From Blasia pusilla (taxonomy: Eukaryota), in contig CM114271.1 in the NCBI GenBank assembly GCA_050084515.1, forward strand, positions 20,832,001 to 20,896,000: 64,000 nt of DNA. Direction: 5' to 3'. The notes below the pieces were generated by a model that was given only the letters and a program-made list of their open reading frames with translations, made no database searches and was not told the DNA's origin. How positions within the stretch are numbered: the first letter of the stretch is position 1; the number at the start of each line of letters is the position of its first letter. Below are positions 52,566-64,000 of the stretch, one piece after another. The position numbers and the translations under genes are program-made.

Positions 52566-55500
52566 TGTCATGACCATACGGATTATATCGTAGAGTATAG
52601 TGTGCTAGTAGAGGCCATACCTTATGTAGGGCCGTAGTGTCTAGGTAGAGATGCGGTTTCATACATAGGGTTGGGGGTTACTCAGTTAAGGGTGACTTTT
52701 CCAGTAGGGCCCGCTCTTAGGTTGGAGGATATAGTCTAGAGTGCACTCAAAGAACAGTTAGTTCTTTGAGTTGAGCCTGTTGCGTTGGGAGTTAGCCTTG
52801 ATAGTGAGTAGAGCTCTTGGCTATGGTGGTTCCCGCAAGCTTCGATTTGGATTCTCCCATCATGGAGTGGGTTTGGCTCGATTGTATGTGATTCTATACG
52901 TGTTTTATGATAGAAGGTCTTTCACGGATTTCACTCAAAGAACTAGAGTAGATCGATGGTAGCTTCGATTGTGGATCATTAGGATCTGGTTAGGGTTTAT
53001 TGTGTACTCAGCCGTGGATGTTCGTGGCTTGTGGCCTATGTTGGAATGGGAATCTGGTATGCGGTTGGTTGGGAAAGAAGCGCCTTGCTGAGAGCTTTCC
53101 AATCTGGCGATCTTTAGATCGCCGGATTTCGTCAAGGGAGTTGGAAGTTATCAAGGATTGAAGATTCTGGTTCAAGGCAACGAAGCAACTCGTGAGAGGC
53201 GGAGTAAGGAGCAAGGAGCAAGCAAGCAAGCTTGCTTGCTTGGACCTGAGGCAGTTTTTGCAGGATTTGTGAGTTGAGTGTTGCATAACTTGTCACCCAT
53301 CTTTGGGCTATTATGCCTGGAAGACGCTTAACTTCTGAGTTCTTAACTATGCTAGTGTACATACTAGTATGGCTCATTTGGTGCTGTTTGGAGATGTGTT
53401 AAGTGCTTTATGCATCTCGTGTTTTCAGTTGATGGACCTATAGCGCATAGTACAATGTAGCCTCTCCATGCAGGTGATATTTTCAGGTGATGCGAGTGCG
53501 ACTAGCACGTCATCGACCAGCGGCGGAGTAGTTATTACGTTAGAATTGTATGGTGGGTTTTGTGGATTCAAGGGGCGCCACTTTTGGTGGATTGTGTTAC
53601 CTTGATTTCCATTTGCGACTGGAGGGTTGTCGTTGGACTTCTTGTGTTTGGATCCCCTCCTTCGTTGCTTCTTGCCTGCGCGCCCATTGTTAGGGTTGAC
53701 GCTGATTTCCAGAGTAGTGTTACTCATGTGTGCTACCGGTAGTGAGGCTGGAGTGATGAACGGTAGACCGTGGGAGGCTTATTGTGGTGATGACAGGTTA
53801 CGTTGCCTACACCCATAGCTAGTAGAGCTAGAATAGTACAGTGACATTGACGTCACTTGGTTACTTAGTGGTGGTAATTTGGTGGTGGTGCAGCATCGAT
53901 GTTGGTCATCACGGAGCTGTCTGGTGGTCAAGTTGGGGACCGTGGTGTGGACAGTGGTGGTTTTACATAGAGTGGATTGAGGTATCGGTTACCTTTTCCA
54001 CTTCCGACGGTTGATGAAGAGGAGGACGAGGGTGTTCCAAACAATGAGTCTACTACGTTGTTATCGAGTGTTGCAGCTCCATTGATTTGGGACATGGATG
54101 GGATATATGGGGCCATGAAGTGCCCACGACAATACTCGGGTGGAGTGGGCACCATTGAGTTGGAGGACTTCATGCAAGAGTTTGATACGTGGTATGATAT
54201 GCAGATGTTGCGGAACGCCACGTTGTTTACACCCTTCTTGGCTTGGAAGGGGTTGTTTCAGCACTTGGAAGGACCACCCATGGATGATTATCATGAGTTT
54301 AGGAAGGACCATGTCACTGAGATTGAGGCGTGGAGACAATATTGGTCCCCAGGCTATGTGTCTATCACCCATGGTGGTATTGGTAGTAGTGCTCCTACTA
54401 TGCCAGCTAGCCCGACGTTGAGTGGTACGAGTACGAGCCGGAGTGGGGGTACCAATGGAGGTACCCATGGAGGTACCAGTGGGGGTACTAGTGGAGGTAC
54501 TAGTGCCCCACCATCGTTCAGCCCGGTTGCAGAGTTCTTCAAGAGGTTGAAGAAGAACTATCAGGGAGTGAAGACAGAGAAGTTGAGGAGTCTTCAGGAA
54601 TTTGAGTGAAAGACTGGTGAGAGTCTTTGTGAGGCATACACTCGTATGCAACGCTTGATTTCGATTACCAGGTGTGACCGAGGCTCAGCGATCTAGTTTT
54701 GGTATGGGATCTTGGACAGAGAGTTGCGCCGCAGGGTACGTGATGCTACTCTTATGAGTGATGATTCACCCACATTGACCCATGTGTTTGCTCTATCTGA
54801 TAAGATTGAGCTTAACATGGTGAAGGAGAGAGTGGTGACGTCTGCATTGAGTAGGGATACAACTACTACTTCTCGTGTTCAGCAGCCCACCTTATAGTCC
54901 CGTAGTAGTGGTGGTGGTTGTAGTAGTGGGAGTCGTGGGGGGTACATACGACCTCAGTCAGGTCCTAGATGGACACTTGCGTAGATACCATTGCCTTCAT
55001 TTGCTGCCCCGCAGCAAGGACAGTCATGTTGGACATGTGGAGGTGATCATGTTAGGAGGTTTTGTCCCCAAGAGGATGGGAGAGGGACTTTGGAGGATGG
55101 GCCTCATTCGGCCCCAACTCAGTGTGATCATTGCGGGAGACTAGGCCATCCATTGCTTTGATCTTCATCCAGAGTTGAGATCAGGCGGCGTCCGTGGTGG
55201 AGTAGCTCCGAGAGGCTGAGGTGGTAGAGGTGGTAGGGGTGGTAGAGGTGGACCAGTAGTTGGAGAGCCTACCGTGGCTACCCCTACCACTACGACAGAG
55301 TCAGCTATGGCTGCCAGGATTGAGCAGTTGGAGCATAAGTTGGCTACTATGGCTAGTATCCAGCATAGATCAGGTTCGGGAGCAGGGGCTTCCACCTCTT
55401 ATGGAGGAGATGATCTCTCTTATATGGCGAGTGCAGCATAGGTTGAGGCATCAGCTGCAGTTACGAGAGGAGCCACTCGAGCGTCAGAGCCACGTGGTGC

Positions 55501-56258
55501 TACTGTGGAGTTGGATCCACAAAGGGATGAGGCTGGGAGGCAAGCTAGGCTTCCCCAGTCATTCTTGTTGTCTGAGGTGCTTAGGAATCCATCCATGGTT
55601 CCTACGCATCCTATTGAGCCGACAGTGGGGACTAAGGCATCTACATCGCGTGTAGTAGACACGGATGCAATATCCAGTGCAGTATTTCGGATGGCAACTT
55701 CAGTGTTGGGATCCCCATTGTTTTCGGCCAGGGAGCTAATGGCTTAAGGAGTTGAGTTAGCTCCTGTATTTTAACTAGCATCCACGTTGTGTGAACGTGG
55801 GGGTGTTACTGCTACACGTGCTGAGGTGGATGAGGGTGTTGCGGTGGAACGACCCTCTATGTCAGGTGTAGCATTGAGTACCAGTGCTACTTGGCAGGCA
55901 ACAGCGGCGAAGATGGATGCATTACCAGCCCGGCCACCCATTGATCGTGAGAGGCTTACACATGGTGTATGTATGTTGGACAACCGGAGTGGGATATTCC
56001 GATTGGTGAGTCCTATAGGACAGGTGTATAGACCAGATAAAGTCTTGTTAGACTCTGGTGCCCAACCTTTGATGTTGGGAAATGCGGCATGTATTGGTTT
56101 GGGTATTCGGAGGTCAGAGCTTGAGCCTTGCCCATTCCTGATTCAAACATCAGTTGTGGTACACTTGTATTTTTGGATGCTCTCGTCTATATTATGTATG
56201 TATGTGAGTATGGTATGTCAACGATGTATGTTGTATGACGATGTGGATTTGCACGACA
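52566..56258 (+). mobile_element. Nested, internally deleted Gypsy element (gag and PR only) of the same clade as B and C, with 4 bp TSD AGCG
   Basis: TGTCATG...CACGACA ends; AGCG at 52562-52565 and 56259-56262; excision restores host frame EEF*RLAAKHVQTAW; gag 53977-55750; PR VLLDSGAQPLMLG at ~56040. Confidence 0.85.
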
Positions 56259-59200
56259 AGCGGCTAAGCGTCAAAACTCCTCAGTCGAGCCCCAAAGCGG
56301 CATCTCTCCTCCACGGAATGATGTGGTTATCATGATACTCCTCTCCATAGAAATGTCAGGAATGGGAGTGTTTTCTGCATGGACACGTCCGTCAATAAGA
56401 TCAATAGGCCAAGTGATGGCGGTGCAAAATATTTCTAAGGTCGCCATCTCTCCTAGCCGTTGCTCGATCACTCCACCGATGAATCGAATGGATAACGAGC
56501 TAAGTCGTCCATCGTCGGATTGCCATCCGGGGTCTGTAGGACGCTAAATCCTGTCAATAATCCAAGGAAATATTGGGTACAATATTTCTCCACCAACCAA
56601 GACGTCGTAGGACTCTGCATCGGTCATTATCGCCTTGGCTCGCATCACAGACTCATCTGTAGGATGTCCCGGGTGAATCCTCACCAGGACCTCCTGTCGG
56701 GAGATAAATTGTTCTCGCTTTATCCAAGGATTTTTGTATTCTGAATGGACAACGCTCCACATCGGCTCTCATCAAGCCCAATCCTCTGAATGTTGCTTTC
56801 CCCAACATGAGAGGTTGCGCTCTTGAATCCAATAGGACACGATGCGGTTTAAAAACTCTACCTCCTAGATTCACCAACTGGAAGACCTCTCCTCACTTAT
56901 CCAGCAATACAACACCAGGAGAAGCCGTGGCAATGTCTATCGCGGGTCTAACGGGCATCTCCTCCATCCTAGCAGCCGCAACCTGCCATGAATCTGACGT
57001 GGACGGCCCGAGCATCCGCTCCAAGGGCAGGTCCATCACCTCCTCTCCAATCACCTCTGAACGTGATGCAGGAATACCAACTCCACTCTTACATAGCGTA
57101 ACGTCCGGCCGGAAAACCTCGACGGGCGTACCTTCCAACGTTATAACATCAAAAGCAGAAAATAAAATAAAGGACCGTGGTACACAACAATGACCGCCCC
57201 CAACAACGTGCTCGACACATGCTCCTCCTGAACATCAGCAATAGGAGTAGTCACACTTGCTTCTCCCATCGCTCTCCGTGCTTGCACACCAACAACATCA
57301 CCAACTCTCTGGGAACTCTGATCAAGACCCATTGATGGGATCCTCATTGCCTTGGACAACGTGAAAGACTAAGGAAGCATGGTCTGTTTCCTGGCTTCCC
57401 CTCGCTGTGGATCCAACTTTGTGGCTGCTCCACGCATAACAACTGTGGTGGCCTCCATCTGGGCAACCTCATACACCCAACTAGGATCATCTATATCTCT
57501 GCCTGCTCCATATGACGTCGATGCCACTGATCCGGCATCGGGTAGCCTAAATGCCATAGCGGCAATCTGCTGCTGTATTTGAGCCGCCATCCCAGCCTCA
57601 CACCCGACATCTCCCTTAACGCGTCTAGGTTTTGAAACTCTACCTCCTCGATGAGCAACTCCACCATCCCCCCTGGGCGACTCTAGCTCCTCATCCACCA
57701 ATGGGACCACATGGTGCACAACCTCTAGGCCCACCCGAACCAGCAACTTGTTGTGGTGCCCTCTCTGGCCCTCGTTCTGGACGTAACTCAGGGTGTCGGC
57801 TGAAACAATTGGTGCGTGTGTGACTGTACCTCTGATAATAGTCACAATGATATCCTTCTGCTGTAGCACCATCTCCTCGTCCATGCTGAGGTACGCGTCC
57901 ATGACATTGACGAGTGCAATCGCCCTAGTGATGGGCTCCATCACATGCCGAACAAATAATTGCACGCGGCTGCTGCAGAGCCGCATATGAAGGCGCGGGT
58001 CTCTGTGGTACGGCCTCCTGGCATCCTCCCTGAGCTCGTGGTGCCACTGTCAACCTATCTCGGAATCCACGTTGCTACACTGGTGGTGCACACAATCGTG
58101 ACTGCTCTCGCCCAGAACCCATGGTGGCTACACTCTCCTTTGCCATGTTGCGCTCAATGTTCTCGGAGGTCCTAAGAACATCTCTCAACGTAGCGGAGGT
58201 GTTCATAAGAAGCATCCCCTCCCGCACCCGTGTCCGCATGGTTCGGTCCAACATTGCGTACCATGACTGGATATCTTGAGCCTCTGTCACCTTCTGAGTG
58301 ATGTTAATCAAGCGGCGCAAGCGAGTGTAAGCCTCACGTAAACTCTTACCCGGGCGCCTCTGGAAGTCGTGGATGCTCCGGAACTTCTCAATCCGTATCC
58401 CTTGGTACCTCGTCCTCAACTCTGCAAAGAACTCAACCACGGGGTTGAACCTGGGAGGAACCGGACTGGATGATGCAATTGCTCCAGTGCGGGTTACCCC
58501 TCCAAACACATCACAGGTGGAAGAAGCCTCTCCTAACTCCTCCTCCTCATCTTGGAATAGCTCTGTCCATGACACATAGTTTGGGTCATAGTAGAGTCTC
58601 CATGCCTCAATCTCATGGGCATATCTCTGGGAGAACTCATGGTAATTGCCTCATGGGAATCCCAAAAGGATGCCGTGATGACCCTCGTGCCCCTCTCATA
58701 TGATCACTCTCAACCTTGCGAGTAATCGCTCAATCACTCAAACTAACCATGTGGCACTCAATCTACACTCTCTCACTAAGACGTGTGTTGTTCAGCAACA
58801 AGCGGCGTGGTGCGGAAAATTGACTATTGTCCTATCATCTCATCAACATAACATATCGTCAACTCTAGTTATCCCACAAGGGTCTAGGTCCCCTAAACCC
58901 ATACATCAATGGTGCTCTCAGCATCCGCACGAAACCCAATATCCCAAATAACTACCCAATACCCAGAAATCGCTAACACGTGCAGGGAAAAAGACCAGAA
59001 TGGGTAACATGACAATAATGTCGATGTCACTCCTCAGCAACTGCAAATCTTAACCCCAACTCGGTCGCGAAGACAAACTCCACCAAATAGCACGTCATAC
59101 TCCCCCGGTATTGACGATGCTCAAATATCCTCGATGCGCGGTGCGGGTCCAGCGACATGGTGCAGCACTAGCAGCACAGAATAGCTACAAACGGCACGAC

Positions 59201-61039
59201 ACGGCACTTAGCGGCATACCCTCCTCAATCAACAAAACACAATCTGCTCCATAGTGATAGTGCGGCTCGACAATCGAGACGGTGCGGTGCGGCCATGAGC
59301 GGCATGACGCAAAAATCAACGGCGTGTTGCGGCTACGGCCGTCACGACATGGTACTTGATCGTCATTGAGTGGCTACCAATCACAATGTAGCAAAGCGGA
59401 AACGAAATGCCTATCCCATGACTCCAAAAAGGTCACCGTCCATTCAATGGTGAAGAACACCCTCGACAATGGCCAACAGACAGAGCAAGGACGGCCCGCA
59501 TTGACGGTGAAAGTCAATTGTAATTACAATATCTTTCATGTGGATAAAAATCATTCTATTTTGACCTTATTGAAAAAGTCAAAGCTTTTGTTTTTTTTTC
59601 ACTCCACTAACTCCTTAAACTAAGGGTCAACTCACTAAAATTACTCACATTTGGCTTATACTCCACTAAGCCCCATAAATATTGGGTCAACACCCACTAA
59701 ATAAAGTTTCCACTCACTTAAACCTCAAGATCTTAAATTTCTTGTATCCATACACCAATAATAAAAGATCTTTTTAATTTTTCTACCTCAACTAAGAAGT
59801 TACCAAGAATTTAGAAATTTGCTCCTTCCTAACGCGGTGGCTATGGCAACTTCACAAAAATGATCTTAACTTCTTGCTCACATGTTCAAATTGTGCATTG
59901 TTTCTTCCACACATGCATAACTTCTTGATCTACAACAATATTATATTGGTTTCTTCATTTGATCTTCCCATAAAAATAGACGGGGACTATCATGCAGCTA
60001 TTCAATCTGCACTCCTAAAGAAAATTTGGCAGCGCTTCCGTGTTGCTTTTTCCCAAAAGAAATTGAAAACTTGTAAACACAACAATCAGCAAGCTACAAG
60101 GTACTCCCGAGAGCACCAGCATGGGACAACTTGCCCCCATACTAAATTTCTAACCAAATTTTGGTAGCACTTCCGTGTGCCACTCTCCTACACAAAAAAT
60201 CAAACAACAAAACAACAAATGGAGCGGCTCTTGCTCCCGTGAGCACTCCCATGAGCCGCTGAACGGGGAACACGGTCCCCAACCTGCACCAACAAGGAGT
60301 GATCAGCGAGCTCCTGTATTCAAGGTCTCTCACTCTCTCATTCTCTCTTTGTAAATCAATGAAATCTCACATCAATATCTTACACCAAACTCTCCATGGT
60401 GTGCACACTCTCTCATATCAAACCAAACCCACTCTCCTAATGAGAGGCTTGGGTTACACACACAAGGCAAGTAAGATGATTGCTCTGCTGCCTCATGCCA
60501 AGAGGTTCAACAAAGAGAGAAATGAGCTCTCAAGCCCTCTCTCTCTCTTGGAGGTATACCCCCTTCCCTCTCCCAAGCTCTCTCCTCGATAACCTATGCT
60601 CGTAGGTCACCTCCTTGGCCCTTGGCCTGCTGTAGCGGATCAAGGGCAACTTCCCAAAGTGGAAAGTCAAATATAGTCCAAATGAAAACTTAGCGGAAAT
60701 AGTAAGTTTCTCTATATGGCTCAGAATGAGCCGAAACAAAGGGGAAACGTGCTCTCTCAGGTTACCCGTGGTCTCAGCAAGTCATCCGCGACCTCCTGAG
60801 GTTGCCCTCTAGTATCTCTGAAGGCTCTCTACTAGATCTCGCCAATCTCTTCTAAAAGACGTGATAACTACCATATACAGATCCATGATATGACCATTTT
60901 CTCGTGCAAATTGGATCAAGAAGAGTGGGGGGAGGGGGGGTCACACAAAATATATGCCTTCCCTAGAACAACCATTACACACAAATATGATGGCTGCATC
61001 CTTTGCAAATCCACACAACATATATATATGTCAAGCCCG

Positions 61040-61217
61040 TAGTTACCATTGCCTCATAATCCCTTTCATAAATGATCGCGTACCTCAATGTATCCTTATG
61101 TTGAGCAATAGTTAAGTTCTCAAATGCCATAAGTATATCTCTATGAAAAATCTCTATCCTCTGAGAAAATGCTTCTACCCACACATCTAGGTCATCAAGA
61201 TCCAACACCTTTGCCAT
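61040..61217 (-). pseudogene. Integrase C-terminal fragment of the B/C Gypsy clade
   Basis: VLDLDDLDVW...MAFENLTIAQHKDTLRYA matches 48500-48640. Confidence 0.8.
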
Positions 61218-61772
61218 GCCCCACTGGATAATGTTACATCATGAAAACTAGAAGGTACTAACTTTAATTGATATAATTTGAACATAAAATCTAATAGGGT
61301 TAACTTTCATATTGATTTGATATCAAATAAGTAAAATTTTTATATTGATATTTTCAAATATATATATTTTCAATGCATAAATGACATCATAAATACATGA
61401 AATGCATATTATATTCTTATTGATATAGAAAGGACATAATTACAAATTTCGTGATATAGGTGAGTTTGAATTTCTTCCATACAGCAAAAGGCATGGTGAA
61501 AATGACGCTAGTTTCGTCAATTAATTACCCTATGTTGAGCTCTCCATTTTATGATTTCACCCAATTCATATTTCTTTATTGAGTAAAGCTCAAATTTTCT
61601 CTTTCCTTTTTTTGCAAGCATTTATTGCTTCTCAAGATCAGTTCTCTACTTCAGCAATCTATATTATTATTGGAGAGTCTTCTTATAAGAAGTGTCATGC
61701 CTCCTGATGACACTTGACTTTTTGGGCCAATAGCATTCATTTAGTTTGTATTCTTCGCACGGGTTGCACTTT

Positions 61773-61840
61773 GGATGTTTTTCACGGTGCTCCGAGTTCG
61801 GATGTTTTTTCACGGTGCTCCGAGTTCGGATGTTTTTCAC
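61773..61840. repeat. ~28 bp tandem repeat, ~2.4 copies
   Basis: GGATGTTTTTCACGGTGCTCCGAGTTC repeated. Confidence 0.9.
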
Positions 61841-61882
61841 CTCTGCGGAGCATCGGCACCATCTAGTAGCTATAGATATTAT

Positions 61883-62634
61883 CATATTTCTTTTCAATAT
61901 AGTTTGCTCTGTCTAATTACGTTTACCTAGAGTTATGGTCCAGCAGTTGCAAGTATTTCTTCTTCGTTTTTTATCATGCTGGATTAAGTCTAAGGCATAT
62001 ACATATTTCTACTTTAGACTATACATCCACACTCAACTTAGATGCCTTTTTCTACTTATTGCAATTGAGCTTTACTTCATTCGCATTGTGTTATGGTTCT
62101 CTATAATAGTTTCATTTTTCATTTTACTAAGTTTCTGGAATTTTTATATTATTATTTCTTTCCAAATTGTGTGCACATTCAACTATCAACTATGCACCTA
62201 CATAATTCCATTTTTGTGAGATTTCCACGTTTTATTTTCCATTCCATTTTATTTCAATTCCGTTTTGCTTTCAATTTATAGTCTCTTCATGTTGTTCTTC
62301 AATTCAGCACATTCAATTCTCTTTACTACTAACGAATATGTTTGTTTCTATTATTTCAAGAGATCAAATTTATAATCACGCCGACCAACACACCATGGTC
62401 CATTTCATCAAGTTGAATTTAGCACATCTCATAGGCGTTTCACTCACCACATTGATGTTGAGGTATCATTAGAAGATCACCTTCAATCGTCATTAGCAAC
62501 TCTACTAGATCCCTACAAGGATTTTGTTCTTGATCTAGATACGGTTGGACTGTAGAAGAAATAGTTGCAACTGCTGGACCATAATTCTAGATAAACGTAA
62601 TTAGACACAGCAAACTATATTGAAAAGAAATATG
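61883..62634. repeat. 81 bp inverted repeat pair with ~590 bp AT-rich spacer
   Basis: 61883-61963 is the reverse complement of 62554-62634 with 4 mismatches. Confidence 0.9.
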
Positions 62635-64000
62635 CTAGATCTAGATACTGCTGTACTGTAGAAGTGGCATCTTTCTTTTATTGAGTGATAATGCCTTTTC
62701 TTATTGCTGCAGTGTGAACGGGTTCTTCCACCCTCTCATTATATCTGCCACCATAAAAATCTCAAAATTCTCCAATCTATCAATTACACCTACGCCACAA
62801 ACCAAAAAGCTCACATCAAACCATTCTACATACGACCAAGATGTCTTCTAAAAACTACTATGTTACAAACTACTTAGGGCGCATACTTATTACTCTTAAA
62901 TGACACAAACGTCAACAATAGGAAGATTTTAAAAGAACAAGTGTCAACAATAAAAAATAATTTTTAAAAAAACCCAGGTTTTTCTAACCCTCTTCTCTTT
63001 TAATTACATAGATTTTGATAATTTTGTCTAATAATAACATATGTAATATCACAATTGCCCAAATTTATAATAGCACCTAGAACCCCTTTAGGACGGAATG
63101 AACTCTAACTATGCTACGCTGTCGAGTTCGATGACTAAACATGTCACGAGGGACCCAAACAACCGTGTCTCGATCTTCAATTCTACTGAATTCTCGTCAA
63201 TAAATTTCCATATTTTTTATCGAAAACTTTGGAATTTTCTGCAAAGGCCAACTTTTTTTTTGCAGAAAATTGGAACAAAATCCGTATCTGCCTCGAAAAC
63301 ATTCGTAACTATTCCGCTCTTATACGAAAACCTTTTTCACGCGGAAACCTTTCGCGGATTTCGAAACCGGCCTCCGCCTTGTTCACAGCTGCTGCACCTG
63401 TTTCGACCCTCCTTTCATTTCACATTAAGAAAATCGCCCAAAATCCCAAATCTCTCCAGAAGCTTCACCACCCGCGAGCTCGTTACGGAAAGTGGGGGGA
63501 CGGACGTTGCCGCATCCTCATCCTCGAGATCACGCATGACGACGGACACTTGTTGCGTTCGTACGTTCGATTTGAATTGGGGGGGGGAGGGGTTTGACCG
63601 TGGCTTCAGAATTGAGACGGATCATCGTGAGCGAGTTCCCGAGCGGAGTGAAAGGAATGAACGAATGAATCTTGAGGATCGAGGACGCCGGGAAGGCCGC
63701 GAACTCCCGGGAACAAGAGCTCGTGGGTGAGAAGTGGGATGATTCTTTCTTCGTAGGGGCTCCGCCAGCGGTGTCCGTCGATCGCCATGCGCCGTCGTAG
63801 CCAACGTAGCGCGATTGGCGGATGAGATGCAAATTCCGACGTCTTTCGCGCGAACCGATGTTGATTGCTAGCGATATCACTCTTGGCCGAGTCGCTCAAC
63901 AACTACTGTTCCAACCCCGAAACCGAAGAAGGAACGACCGAAGAAACCACGGAAACGAAAACTAACCATCTCCTCTTTTGCCGTTTCCTGTTTCTCGGCC

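Larger units (their letters stand above)
48230..60866 (-). mobile_element. Decayed Ty3/Gypsy element with gag-PR-DNMT-RT-RH-INT order (copy B), interrupted by an insertion at 52566-56258 and cut by chromovirus copy 3
   Basis: gag ~57370-58900; PR (VLLDSRAQPLMLG) ~56600-56900; DNMT 51510-52430; RT 50330-50940; RNase H 49790-50300; INT 48230-49500; LTR-like region to ~60866 (boundary tentative). Confidence 0.88.

Noticed and set aside
63098-63902. 210 aa ORF and overlapping frames
   Set aside because: No motif recognised; looks like a non-coding TE end or 5' region truncated by the window edge.

Overview
Eukaryotic, most likely non-seed land-plant, nuclear DNA that is a nest of transposons around one CpG-rich gene island (~23.3-31.5 kb). 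Contents: (1) a head-to-tail pair of Ty3/Gypsy chromoviruses sharing one ~1 kb LTR (1-9542, minus strand) and a third, 5'-truncated copy (45316-48229, plus strand); (2) a probable CACTA element end carrying a 7 x 350 bp tandem array (to 16686); (3) several decayed copies of a second Gypsy clade, two of which carry a C5-cytosine DNA methyltransferase (DNMT3/DRM-like motifs I, II, IV, VI, VIII, IX, X) upstream of RT/RNase H, at 19210-20260 (+) and 51510-52430 (-), and in the latter copy between protease and RT; this is the most notable signal; (4) a solo LTR with a 5 bp TSD; (5) a decayed Helitron RepHel gene lacking its HUH core, plus a second Helitron remnant; (6) a 3-exon gene for a small secreted cysteine-rich protein; (7) a long (AG)n microsatellite and several small inverted or templated duplications. 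All transposon ORFs are broken. Some frameshifts in the young chromoviruses look like long-read consensus errors. All calls come from manual motif reading, with no database searches.
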